Shown here: positions 31,601 through 40,339 of the stretch, in pieces
How the letters are laid out: the number at the start of each line of letters is the position of its first letter
Numbering within the stretch: position 1 is the first letter of the stretch
DNA from: Candidatus Marinacidobacterium sp.
GTDB lineage: Bacteria; Acidobacteriota; Vicinamibacteria; Marinacidobacterales; Marinacidobacteraceae
Length of the DNA stretch: 64,000 bases
Assembly: GCA_965204755.1 (NCBI GenBank)
Contig: OZ242011.1
Location: forward strand, 1,376,001-1,440,000
Reading direction: 5' to 3'
Translations under genes and position numbers: made by a program
The notes under the pieces: generated by a model
The model's database searches: none
Told to the model about the DNA's origin: nothing
Seen by the model: the letters and a program-made list of their open reading frames with translations, nothing else

Positions 31601-31894
31601 CGACCGCTTCCCGGTATCCGCGTTCATCGCGTCCTCCAAGCCGGGACTGGCGACCCGCAGGGCATCGCGCACGGCCGGGGACGAGAGGACGCGCTCCAAC
31701 TCGCGACGAAGCGATGCTTCCCCAGGCGTCCCGGCCGCGGTTCCCTCGCCGGCGTGCGCCGCCGCCCGGTCCCGCCAGCCGCCGAAGGCCGACGCCGGGA
31801 GCAGCGGCGACCGAAGGACGAAGAAGCCGGAAGGCCGGAACTGCCCGGTCAGCGGGCCGGGCGTCGGCGGTGCGCCGGTTGCCTTCTCTCCCAT
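28607..31894 (-). CDS. lanB: Class I lanthipeptide dehydratase (glutamylation and elimination domains)
   Basis: FFVLRSPLLP, YFARMSDRCTPFGLFAG, LLGRFC, GDNRLLLDL, EWLFLKIY, WFFLRYSDP..HLRARF, YVREIERYGG, HMHANRL. Confidence 0.96.
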   Translation of the reverse strand: MGEKATGAPPTPGPLTGQFRPSGFFVLRSPLLPASAFGGWRDRAAAHAGEGTAAGTPGEASLRRELERVLSSPAVRDALRVASPGLEDAMNADTGKRSARKRARLDRSLIQYFARMSDRCTPFGLFAGVSVGEVGGETRLRLADLAGCRRRSTLDLGELASLADGLRGDPEVRRSARYRPNDTLAPVSGGCQYVEFRQSGGEIRHEAQFVEVTPVLDAALRRAEGGASPAELAEAVAELASDASTDEVAAFVDDLIEAQVLTPDWMPAVVGDDPLDQLLERLPAAGAERVRPLREAIRRLDAGGVGASRDAWDAVGAVWTDGLGMKASDRLLQVDLFREAPGLRLDESVVDEALGAAEPLRRLAGAAGDGLRELKSRFRERYESREVPLTEALDPERGIGLPGADLRPRLPASPLLAGLDIGPGRAGGGAGGAPRSAFADGMWERLQAGALEAGGALPPTVELDDELLARLAPAESAELPDALSLQFEIWAESEAAVQRGDYRLFVRGAHGPSGARLLGRFCDLDPELGEWVRKHLREEEALAPEAVLAEVVHTPEGRVGNVVRRPRLREVEISCAGNSRLEGDSRLTAADLLLRLERGRFRLRSRKDGREVRPRLTSAHNFRRSPGLYRFLCALQGEGRREGFGWGWGSLDSLPYLPRVVRGRAVYALARWRVGRGRKAYERVAEGKTPGERERAAAALVRELGLPRWVRLSEGDNRLLLDLENELCRRVLADYARQRPSLVLEEVPAEDLGGCVESPEGRHRHEIVLPLVRKEAREPDAAEREGPARAAASAPGEAAVRRVFPPGDEWLFLKIYAAPVSADPLLREVVAPLAALHREREPDAPWFFLRYSDPENHLRARFRASRETQRRLDDRAAELTQPFFRDGLAHRMSVDTYVREIERYGGGRGIELAEDWFRLDSEAALAVLRAVEETGDEGLRWRAALLGFDRLLGDFGLSVEERREVIEEARENFGREFSVGAPLRRRLAGRLRRELPGVLRLLSGEDSSADGPLSAVDAAFRRRSSGTEPLARRLRERAEAGELGRPLFAILRDFTHMHANRLLRTSARQHELVLHDFLSRAYRSLLARGRVGAAA

Positions 31895-31956
31895 GGGCGG
31901 GGCGGGAGGTTACCGGGTGCCCGCCGCCCGCGATGCGAGGACTCTCCCGGCCCGGG

Positions 31957-33174
31957 TCAGGACAGCAGGAGCAGCCGATCCCAGGCGGGGTCGGTGTCGG
32001 TGACGGCGGCGAGAAGAGCCAGACCGATGCCCGCGGACCCGCCCAGGAACGAAGCATCGTCCACGAAGCCCTGCTTGCCGTCCACCTCCGCCCAGGCCTG
32101 GAAGCCGCCGACACCGACGCCGGGCTTGCGGTAGGTCGAGGCGTCGCCGAACCACGCGAGCGCCGCCTGCCGGAATCGCTCGTCTCCGGTGCGGCGGTAG
32201 AGCCGGTGGAAGATGTGGGCGTTCCCGGCCGCCCCGTGGCAGAGCGCAGCGTCCCGGTTACCGCTCTCGGAGGGCTCGACGCCGGCGCAGGCGAAGGACA
32301 TCGTCCGCCCCCATTCTTCGCCGGCGGAATCACCGCCCTCCCGGGCCGCTTCCCACACGACGGCCGCCGCGCCGAGCGGGCCGTAGCACCAAGCCATGCG
32401 GCGGTTCGGCTCGCGCCGGACACCGGGAGCGATCCACGACGGCAGATCGGGCGTTCCCGGGTCCGGGTGAGCGGCCAGCAGCCACCGCAGGCTTCCTTCG
32501 AGCAGCGTCCTCGCCCGGTCCGCCTCGACGCCGCGCGCGCACAACTTGCCGAGCAACCACATCACCCCCGGCACACCGTGCGCCACGCCCAAGTTGTAGT
32601 AGCCCTGCGGCGCGCGCTTCCGCTGCCACGCCGGGAGCAGGTCGGACTCCGTGAACCAACTGATGCCCTCGTCGACTTCTACCGCCGTCTTCTCCAACTC
32701 GTCGAGAATACGGACGAGCCCATCGCAGGCGGCCTCGTCGGGCAGCCGCTCTACGAAGTGGACGCCCACTCCGACAAGCCCGCTGATCAGGTCGTACCCG
32801 AACGACCGCGGCCACGAGTCCAGCGCAGCCCCCGTGTTTCGGCTCACTTCCCGCTCCACGAAGTCGTCCTCCGCACCGAGATGTCCGACGAGCCAGCCGA
32901 GCCCCGCCCAACCTCCGAACAACCCCGGGCGGAGGCGCGTTCCCGAGCCATCGATGTACGAGTCCACCAGGCGTCCGCACCGCTCCATGCCGTCGTCGGC
33001 GTGACCCGTCAACTCCAGATAGGCGGGCAGGAGCGTCGCGAGCACATCGGAGCGCGGCAGACCGCTCACGGAAACCTCGTCGGTACCGGCGCGCGTCAGG
33101 TAAGACAGGTCCCGGTCAACGGCCTTCACGGCCGTCGTCGCAGTCCGATTCCCCTCCGGAAGAAGCGGCTTCAC
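31957..33174 (-). CDS. lanC: Lanthionine cyclase
   Basis: YDLISGLVG, NLGVAHGVPG, zinc ligands AWCYG and LCHG, FLGGSAGIGLAL..WDRLLLLS. Confidence 0.95.
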   Translation of the reverse strand: MKPLLPEGNRTATTAVKAVDRDLSYLTRAGTDEVSVSGLPRSDVLATLLPAYLELTGHADDGMERCGRLVDSYIDGSGTRLRPGLFGGWAGLGWLVGHLGAEDDFVEREVSRNTGAALDSWPRSFGYDLISGLVGVGVHFVERLPDEAACDGLVRILDELEKTAVEVDEGISWFTESDLLPAWQRKRAPQGYYNLGVAHGVPGVMWLLGKLCARGVEADRARTLLEGSLRWLLAAHPDPGTPDLPSWIAPGVRREPNRRMAWCYGPLGAAAVVWEAAREGGDSAGEEWGRTMSFACAGVEPSESGNRDAALCHGAAGNAHIFHRLYRRTGDERFRQAALAWFGDASTYRKPGVGVGGFQAWAEVDGKQGFVDDASFLGGSAGIGLALLAAVTDTDPAWDRLLLLS

Positions 33175-33542
33175 GGTTGAACCGTCCTCCGGCGGCCAGT
33201 CCGGTACCGAGCCTCCTCGACTGCAGATTTCGCAATATCGTGAGAGACCATCCTTGGCCTCATCCCAAGGCCACGACCGAGGTTGCCGACACTCGCGACC
33301 CGCCGAATGTTCGACTCCGCGTGATCGTGAGGACCCGGCAACTGGAACGGATCGAAATCACTGGCGCATGGGGCGACGCAACTTCCGACAGGCAGCGCCG
33401 AGAATGGGCAAGGCAACGCCCGGCGCCAAACAGCGTTCCGGAGAAGCGCAGGTCAGGCACCCCGGCTTCGATCCCCATTCCACGGAACGGGCGACGCTGC
33501 CGGGGGCCTTGGCCGTCGCAGAGGACGGGCCCGAGTGCCGCG

Positions 33543-33851
33543 CTAGGCGCAGCGCTCCGGACTGGTCGAGTCCACACCGCACCCGCCCATGTCGCAGGTG
33601 TCCCCGCAGGTGTCCCCGGCGGTGGCGCCGCAGGCAGCACCGTCGCAGGTGGGCGCGCACGAGGGACCGTCGCCGGTCGCCGCCGGGCAAACGCCCTCGC
33701 ACCCCGAGTCGTGCGGATGGGCCCCGGCCGCGTCCTCCATCTGCCTCCGGGTGAGGTCGGCGATCGGCCGCCGCCGAAGTTCAAGCCGCGACTTCCCCTT
33801 GCGGTGGTCGTCGGGGGGCGTCGGAACGGTTTCCGGTTTGGTGATCGTCAT
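33543..33851 (-). CDS. lanA: Lanthipeptide precursor (44-aa leader plus 58-aa Cys/Ser/Thr-rich core)
   Basis: GAGGAG RBS before ATG; leader LELRRRPIADL..MEDAAGA; core with 9 Cys and 10 Ser/Thr; first gene of the lanC-lanB-lanT unit. Confidence 0.88.
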   Translation of the reverse strand: MTITKPETVPTPPDDHRKGKSRLELRRRPIADLTRRQMEDAAGAHPHDSGCEGVCPAATGDGPSCAPTCDGAACGATAGDTCGDTCDMGGCGVDSTSPERCA

Positions 33852-33988
33852 GAGTGTGCTCCTCGGATCGGGTCAGGTCAGTGCCCGCGGCCACCTCTGC
33901 AGCCGGGGGCGAGAAAAGGGCGTTTGCAGGAGGCAACGGCCGGACCATCGGCCACATCGAGCAGGCAGGTCCTGAGCCTTCGCGTAAA

Positions 33989-34002
33989 AGTCAATTTGTC
34001 AA
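33989..34002 (-). promoter_or_regulatory. Possible -35 or regulator boxes upstream of lanA
   Basis: Minus strand TTGACA-AA-TTGACT in an AT-rich patch about 140 bp upstream of lanA; no convincing -10. Confidence 0.3.
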
Positions 34003-34105
34003 CGGTTTGGAAGAAGAATCCTACACGCCCCCCTTTTCGACAGAGAGCCCTTCGGTTCAGATTCTTGAAGCGAGCGACAGAGTATCCTGACTTTCCGATT
34101 CCGCG

Positions 34106-34160
34106 GGTCAACCGGCGCCGAAAATGTCCCACTTTTAAGCAACGAAAACGCCCCACCTCG
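34106..34160. mobile_element. Relic IS21-like terminal repeat
   Basis: GGTCAACCGGCGCCGAAAATGTCCCACTTTTAAGCAACGAAAACGCCCCAC: GTCAA start plus two GAAAA..CCCAC boxes, same layout as an IS21 end but different sequence from the intact element. Confidence 0.55.
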
Positions 34161-34522
34161 GGGAGTGGAGGAGGTCGGTTGGCCGGGCAAGGTTTGCGGA
34201 CGGACTTTCGGCCGAGGCCGACGGCCGCGGGCGTGGTCGGCTCTTGGGGCGGGCGTGTCAATGGGACGCGAAAAGTGGACAGAAATGGGATCCGAAAAGT
34301 GGACACTTTTCGGGCTCGGGTTGCGGGGTGGAGGGAAGGGTCGAGGCGGGGTTTGGGGCCCGACGACGGTGGTGGCGTCCCGCGACCCCGGCACTCCTCC
34401 GGGAGGGTAGGGCCGAGGCGGGGCCGGGCGCGCCTTGGCGGAGCGTCCGGGCCGGTGGGCGCGACGGCCGGGGCCGGAGGGAGCGGAGCGACCGGAGCGC
34501 CCCGGCCGTCGCGCGTCGCGCT

Positions 34523-35347
34523 TCATCGGGGGCCCGCCTCCCCGATCCCCGGCGGGTCGCCGGGGTTCTTCCGGGCCGGGGCCTGGTGCAGCGCCTGCGC
34601 CAGGTCGGCCCGGAGCCGCATCCGGTAGCTGTTGCCCCGGATGTTCACGATGTGGCAGTGGTGGAGAAGCCGGTCGAGCAGGGCCGCCGCCATCACTTCG
34701 TCGCCCAGGATCGCCCCCCACTCCTCGAACGTCTTGTTCGAGGTCAGAACCGTCGAGGCCCGCTCGTAGCGCTCGTTGATCAACTGGAAGAACAGGGTCG
34801 CCCCGTCCCGGGTCACCGGCAGGTAGCCGATCTCGTCCACCACCAGCAACGCCGGGTGCGTCAGGACCCGCAGCCGACGCCGCAACTGGCCCTTCGCCTC
34901 CGCCTCCCGCAGCGTCTCGATCAGGTCCCCCAGCGAGCCGTAGTACACCCGCCGCCCCTGCTCCGCCGCCGCGATCGCCAAGCTGATCGCCAGGTGGGTC
35001 TTGCCCACCCCGGGCGGCCCCAGGAACACCACGTTCTCCTTCCGCCGGACGAAGTCCAACTCGTGCAGCGAGGCGATCTGCTCCCGACGGATCGAGGGCT
35101 GGAAGGTGAAGTCGAAGTCGTCCAGCGTCTTCACCGCCGGAAGCCGGCTGGAGCGCATCGCCGCCGCCAGCCGCCGGTTGTTCCGGAGCGTGATCTGCGC
35201 CCCCAGCAGCCGCTCCACCGCCTCCGCCCCGGTGATCCCGCCGCTGTCCACCCCCGACAGAACCTCGTCCAGCGCCTCCAGCGCCCCCGGCATCTTCAGG
35301 TCCACCAGCTGGGCGCCGATCCGCTCCCGCCGGGTCCCCTTCGTCAT
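34523..35347 (-). CDS. istB: IS21 helper ATPase
   Basis: KTLDDFDF, GPPGVGKTHL, LLVVDEIGYLP, LDRLLHH, GNSYR. Confidence 0.95.
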   Translation of the reverse strand: MTKGTRRERIGAQLVDLKMPGALEALDEVLSGVDSGGITGAEAVERLLGAQITLRNNRRLAAAMRSSRLPAVKTLDDFDFTFQPSIRREQIASLHELDFVRRKENVVFLGPPGVGKTHLAISLAIAAAEQGRRVYYGSLGDLIETLREAEAKGQLRRRLRVLTHPALLVVDEIGYLPVTRDGATLFFQLINERYERASTVLTSNKTFEEWGAILGDEVMAAALLDRLLHHCHIVNIRGNSYRMRLRADLAQALHQAPARKNPGDPPGIGEAGPR

Positions 35348-36362
35348 GACACCCGCTCCGACAGCGCGTAGGCCCGCAGCGACCGCCGCTCCACCCGCAC
35401 CGAACGGGCCGCCGGCGCCGCGGCCGACCCCGGCAACGCCGGAACGATCCCGGCATACGGGCGCCCCGCCAGCGCCCCCAGCACCGCCCGCTCCTCCTCG
35501 AAGCGCTCCGCCGGAACCTCCTTCAGCGTCGCGTGAACCCGCGCGTTCGCTGTCCTTGAAAGCCACCGGAGCGCCCGGTCGTTCAGGTCCCCGTCCGACG
35601 CGAACTCCCGCCCGTAGAAGAACCCCTTCCGGATATACCCCACCGGACGCTCCACCTTCCCCTTCGTCTGCGCCCGATACGGGCGGCAGGCCCGGATCCG
35701 GAACCCCCAGTGGCTCGCGAACCGCAAGAACTCCGCGTTCCGCAGCAACTCGCCCCCCGACGCCCGCCGATCCTCGATGACCACCGACTTCATCTGGTCG
35801 AACAGCAACTCCCGGGGCACCCCCCCGAAGTACTCGAACGCCGCCTCCAGGCCCCGCATCAGCACCTCCATCGTCTCCTGCCGGTAGAACTGGAACCACA
35901 GCAGGCGCGAGTAGCCCAGCACCACCAGCAGCGCGTGCCGCCTCCCCCAAGGCAGCCGGAACTTCGCGAAGTCCACCTGCCCCTGCAGCCCCGGCGGCGT
36001 CTCGAACCGAACCACCGGCTCCACCCGAGGCCGAGGCCGAACCTCCCGGACATGCCGCTTCACCAGGTCATACCCCCCCGCATACCCGGCATCCCGGATC
36101 TCCGAGAACAGCCGAACCGCCGACAACTCCGGATACGCCGAAAGCCGGCTCCCGATCCACTCCCGGAACGGGTCCAGAACCGAACCCGGACCCCGCCGCG
36201 GCCCATACCGAACCCGACCCTCCCGCCCACCGTCCCCGCCGCCCAACCGCTTCCAGTTGTACGCCGTCTGGCGACTGATCCCCAGCTCCCGGCTGATCGC
36301 CGCCACGCTAGCCCCCGACCGAGCAAGGCCCAGAACCGCCTCCGAAACGTCCTCTCGTACAT
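35344..36362 (-). CDS. istA: IS21 transposase (probable frameshift near the 5' end)
   Basis: HTH ISRELGISRQT, RFETPPGLQGQVDF, DQMK, RAQTKGKVER; RBS-preceded ATG at 36362 is out of frame by one base. Confidence 0.88.
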
Positions 36363-36887
36363 CGCGCCTCTCCCGCGCAAAGAGCAGCGCCCAACCCCCA
36401 GACCGACTCCCCGGGCCCGGTCCCCCCTCCCGGAAACCGACCCTCTCGCCGCCCGTCTCCGCGGAGACCGGACGACAATCCTCCCCCGGACGGACTGTCC
36501 ACTTTTCGCGTCCCACAACTGTCCATTATTGGGAGCCCGCCGACAAGCGGAGGGGGAAGATGGCTCCCGCGCGGCACCCGAGGGGCGGTGCTCCGATTCA
36601 CTGCCTGCTCACAGCACGCCGCGACGGTCGCGCCCCGGCCGGCGCGGCGGCCGGAGCCGCAGGCCGACCCGCATCATCCGGACGGTGACCGGGAACCGTC
36701 CCGCTCAGCCTACCGCCGCTGGATCTTCTCGTCCCACGACCACTCTTCTGTCACCGTCGGGAATTCGGCCGGGGCCCACCCGGCTCGAAGTCTCGACGCA
36801 CTCGGCTTGCGCGAACCCCGTCGCGCCGGAAGGCGCCGGCGCTTCGAGTGAGAGGCCGGAAGCGGAGGCGCCGTGTTGCGGATAACG

Positions 36888-36922
36888 AAAAAGCCCCGGA
36901 GCGCCGAGGCTCCGGGGCTCTT
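36888..36922 (-). terminator. Intrinsic terminator after the FN3 lipoprotein gene
   Basis: Stem AGCCCCGGAGC/GCTCCGGGGCT with A5 on the + strand (U-tract on minus). Confidence 0.8.
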
Positions 36923-36970
36923 CGCCGTGGGGAGGCGGCCGGCGCCGCCTACCCCTCGGTCAGCGGGTCA

Positions 36971-39547
36971 TCAACTCGGGAGGCACTTGATGAAGTAGTT
37001 CTTGTCGTCCTTGCCCGAGAGGTCGAATCTATCGTTGCCGGCGCGCTCCTTGTCGCCTTGGGCGTCCCAGGTGCAGGTGATGCTCTGCTCAATCTCGTGG
37101 ACGCAGGCTCCGGCGAAGTCGCCTTCGTCGGTATCCCGGATGCGGGTAAAGGTGGCGCTCAGGTCGAAGGTCATCTCCGCGTCGCAACCGGCGCCGCCAT
37201 CGTCGGCGGAGCACTTCCGCGACGCGTCATCGTTGACCGTGTCCGTGTTGTCTGCTTCTCCGTCCTCGTCGAAGTCGGTTTTGCCGAAGTCGCCGTACTT
37301 CGGGTCGCCGTCGGCGTCGAACATGTACAGGGACATGATCGGCCGCCAATCACCGCTGACCCCGAAGTTTTGGGCGCCGGAGCCGGCTCCGACCCGGGCA
37401 TTCCAACTCTGGTTGGCCGAGTAGAGATCGTGATCGGGCTCGGTACCGTCGATTCCGAAAGAGGAAGTCACGCGCTTGTCCACAAGCCAGAGGTGGGCAT
37501 GTCGCGAGCCCCGCGGCCGATACACATCGCCGGGACCTCGCTCGTTGGAGTCGGAGTCCTCGGTGTATCGGATGACGATTTGGTCGAGACGGACAGCATT
37601 ACCCGTTCCATCGGTCCCGGTGTACTCGACATCGAAATTGCCGCCGGAGCCGATGCCGTTCCCCCAGTAAGCGTCCACTTCCGCGCGGAAGTCGTCGCAG
37701 ATATTCACCATGTCGGCGATTTCGAAGACTTTGCCCCCACATTCCAACCCATCGAACGGATCGTTGTCGAGGCTGCTCCAAGAAACGCTGCTGCCGGCCC
37801 AAGCGACCTTCGCCGTCGGGTCTATGTGCACCCGGTAGCCGTTCAGGTAGTTCCGCCACTGCAGGGAAATCCCGTCCGCGTCGGCGGTCCACGCATCTAC
37901 ATCTTCGTAGACGCCGTCCGTGATGAGTCGCGCACAGTGCTCCGGCCGCGACACGGCAGCGCTTCCCGAAGCGATGGTGTCGCCGTTACTCTGGTTGGCG
38001 GATGCGTAAGACGGATTGTTGGCGTGAGTGAGGGGGAGGCAGTCGGCCGCCGCGTTGCCCGCGTTGCCCGCTTCGCCGTTGCGGATCGGCCCCGGTTGGG
38101 TCTGCGTCTGCGGGTTGTTGTCCCGGTTCAGGGCGCCGCCGAAGTGGTTGTTGGTGCTGGTCCCCGTGCCGGGAACCAGCGACAGCGGCCGATTGGTGCC
38201 CTTAGAGATGCTGCCGCCCTTGACCCGGTAACTGCTGCCGCCACCGAAACTGACATCGGAGAACTCATGGGTCACGGTCGCATCGTGCGTCACCGTGTAG
38301 GTGAAACCGATGTCCAGACCGATGTTCTGGTCGTTGGCCCGCTGGTTGTGGACCATGCCCTTCACCAGTGTCAGGTCGGCCTCGAACTCCTGGCAGGCGG
38401 CGGAGTCCTCGAGAGTGATCGCCGGCCGCGGCGGGGCATCCGTGGCGGCGTCGGAGCAGCGGAACGGGCCGCAGGTGATGTAGGCCACATCGCCCGTCGG
38501 CATCGCTTCCTGACCGGCGCCCACCGTCACCTTCTCGAACATGAACACCGCGCCGTCACGCGCCACCGCCACCTGCGTCGCCGACCAGTCCACGAATGTG
38601 AACGGGGTCGCCCCGGAGCCGGCGGACACCACCACCGGCCGGGCGCCCTCCATGAACATCGGCGTGATCCGGGCGGCGTGCGAGGAACTCACCATCAACT
38701 TGGCGTTCACCGAAGCCATCGCCGTCTCCGCGTCCTTGCCGTCGTCCGGGCAGAACGCCTGACCCATGCACGACTTGTCGTCGTCCGCATCCGGAGTGCT
38801 CATGCTCACCGTCAGCGGGCTCGGCGCCATGTCGCTCGTCGCCATCACCGCTTCGCTCCAGTCGCCGGCCGTCGGCGTCGGAAGGAGGACGCCCGCCCGA
38901 ACCCGGATGTACATCGTCGTCTCCGGCTCCACCGTCACCCGGTGCGAAGTCGCGGTAACCGTCTCCAATTCCGCCATCTCGAAGCCATCCTCCGAGTCCG
39001 CGACCTGCAACTGGTAGCCCTGCGCGTTCTCCACCGCGTCCCACTCCCACTCGACGAAGTCCACGCCCGTGGCCTTCACCCGGACCGTCGGCACGCCCAG
39101 CACCAGCGGGGCCGCGTTGCTCATCCCCGTAACCGCCTCCGTCCAGTCGCTGTTGTTCGCCTCGTCCGACACCGCCCGGACCCGCGCGTAGGCGGTCGTG
39201 CCCGGCTCAACCGAGAACCGGTGCATCGTGCCCGTCACGCTCGCCGTCGAGACGGAACTGAAGTCCCCCTCGGTCGTGCTGAGTTGGATCTCGTAGCCGC
39301 TCGCGCCTTCCACGGCCTCCCAACTGAACTCGATGTAGTCGGTCCCGCTGGAGGCGACCGTCAGCCCGCCCGGGGCGTCGAGGGTCGGCGTCGGGGCCGG
39401 GGCCGGCGGCGCGGGCGCCGGGGCCGGGGTCGTGGTGGTCGAGTCGTCGTCACCGCACCCGGACAGCACGAGGCCTGCGCCCAGCATCAGGGCGAGAAGG
39501 ACAGTCAGCCCGCGCAGCGGACTCGACTTCCTTGTGATCTGCATCAT
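36971..39547 (-). CDS. Large surface lipoprotein with two fibronectin type III repeats and an unknown acidic, Cys-containing region
   Basis: AGGAGG RBS; lipobox LSGC; T/PA linker; IEFSWEAVEGASGYEIQ and VEWEWDAVENAQGYQLQ. Confidence 0.85.
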   Translation of the reverse strand: MMQITRKSSPLRGLTVLLALMLGAGLVLSGCGDDDSTTTTPAPAPAPPAPAPTPTLDAPGGLTVASSGTDYIEFSWEAVEGASGYEIQLSTTEGDFSSVSTASVTGTMHRFSVEPGTTAYARVRAVSDEANNSDWTEAVTGMSNAAPLVLGVPTVRVKATGVDFVEWEWDAVENAQGYQLQVADSEDGFEMAELETVTATSHRVTVEPETTMYIRVRAGVLLPTPTAGDWSEAVMATSDMAPSPLTVSMSTPDADDDKSCMGQAFCPDDGKDAETAMASVNAKLMVSSSHAARITPMFMEGARPVVVSAGSGATPFTFVDWSATQVAVARDGAVFMFEKVTVGAGQEAMPTGDVAYITCGPFRCSDAATDAPPRPAITLEDSAACQEFEADLTLVKGMVHNQRANDQNIGLDIGFTYTVTHDATVTHEFSDVSFGGGSSYRVKGGSISKGTNRPLSLVPGTGTSTNNHFGGALNRDNNPQTQTQPGPIRNGEAGNAGNAAADCLPLTHANNPSYASANQSNGDTIASGSAAVSRPEHCARLITDGVYEDVDAWTADADGISLQWRNYLNGYRVHIDPTAKVAWAGSSVSWSSLDNDPFDGLECGGKVFEIADMVNICDDFRAEVDAYWGNGIGSGGNFDVEYTGTDGTGNAVRLDQIVIRYTEDSDSNERGPGDVYRPRGSRHAHLWLVDKRVTSSFGIDGTEPDHDLYSANQSWNARVGAGSGAQNFGVSGDWRPIMSLYMFDADGDPKYGDFGKTDFDEDGEADNTDTVNDDASRKCSADDGGAGCDAEMTFDLSATFTRIRDTDEGDFAGACVHEIEQSITCTWDAQGDKERAGNDRFDLSGKDDKNYFIKCLPS

Positions 39548-39684
39548 GTCGCCTACCTCCTGTAGGACGGTGGAGAACGGAACCCCGAAGGCTCCCGGCG
39601 GGCCGTCCCGGAGGGGGACTTCCCGGCTACCGGTTTCCGACCGGTGACAACCCCGTGCGCACTGCGCCGGGTAATCGGGGGCGG

Positions 39685-39714
39685 AGTATAGGCGTAACCG
39701 GGAAGAACCGGCAA
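39685..39714 (-). promoter_or_regulatory. Sigma70-type promoter of the FN3 lipoprotein gene
   Basis: TTGCCG-N18-TATACT about 140 bp upstream of the ATG. Confidence 0.55.
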
Positions 39715-39863
39715 GCCGCCCCGCCCGCGCCACACCGGCGCAGCGCGCATAAGGGCGCGAAGTCAATCACAGGCGGGAAGTCCAAGTCAACCGGCGGGGA
39801 CGGGCGGTTCCCCGGCGGTCGGGGGACGGGCGACGCCTCCATTCGGCGGCGGGGCCCCGGCCG

Positions 39864-40310
39864 CTACGGTCGGCGGACCGCCTTCCCGGAGCGCCGGCCG
39901 GCGGGGGCGCCGGGGCCCCGGCGGGCGGGGGTCGTCCAGGCGGCGGCGAGGGGACGGTCGAAGGTGACGAGGTCGGAGGCGCGGCGGCGGCGGCAGACCG
40001 CCAGGTGGAGCAGGCCGCGCGCGTCGAGGCGGGGGTGGACATCCGCCAGCGCCCGGGCGAGGGTGAGGTCCTCGGGCTCGACCGGCCAGATCCGGATTCC
40101 GGCGCGGCGGACGAGGGCCAGGGCGTCGTCGAACCGGTCGGGTTCGCCCCGCCGCAGGTGGATGTGCAGGAGTTCCTGCAGGACTTCGCTGGAAGTGCAA
40201 AGCCCCGCGGGCCGGCCGAATCCGGCGCGGAGCCGGGCTGCGGCCTCGGCGCGGAGCGGGTGCGGCCCGCCCAGGGCGAAGACCAGGACATTCGAGTCCA
40301 CGAAGACCAT
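39864..40310 (-). CDS. VapC-like PIN toxin
   Basis: MVFVDSNVLVFA, TSSEVLQELLH, LHLA, LVTFDR. Confidence 0.88.
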   Translation of the reverse strand: MVFVDSNVLVFALGGPHPLRAEAAARLRAGFGRPAGLCTSSEVLQELLHIHLRRGEPDRFDDALALVRRAGIRIWPVEPEDLTLARALADVHPRLDARGLLHLAVCRRRRASDLVTFDRPLAAAWTTPARRGPGAPAGRRSGKAVRRP

Positions 40311-40339
40311 GGCGGGGCGCTCTTTGCCGCGGGCCGGGA

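Larger units (their letters stand above)
34256..36545 (-). mobile_element. IS21-family insertion sequence (~2.3 kb)
   Basis: TG..CA termini; left TGTCAATGGGACGCGAAAAGTGGACAG, right end (rc) TGTCGGCGGG..TGGGACGCGAAAAGTGGACAG; carries istA-istB; no obvious target-site duplication. Confidence 0.92.

Noticed and set aside
33171-33545. Stop-codon read-through (selenocysteine) extending the precursor
   Set aside because: lanA ends in TAG, not TGA, and the downstream frame is not precursor-like.
36546-36880. Small ORFs between the IS21 and the terminator
   Set aside because: No RBS or recognisable motif; possibly a gene remnant but not supportable.
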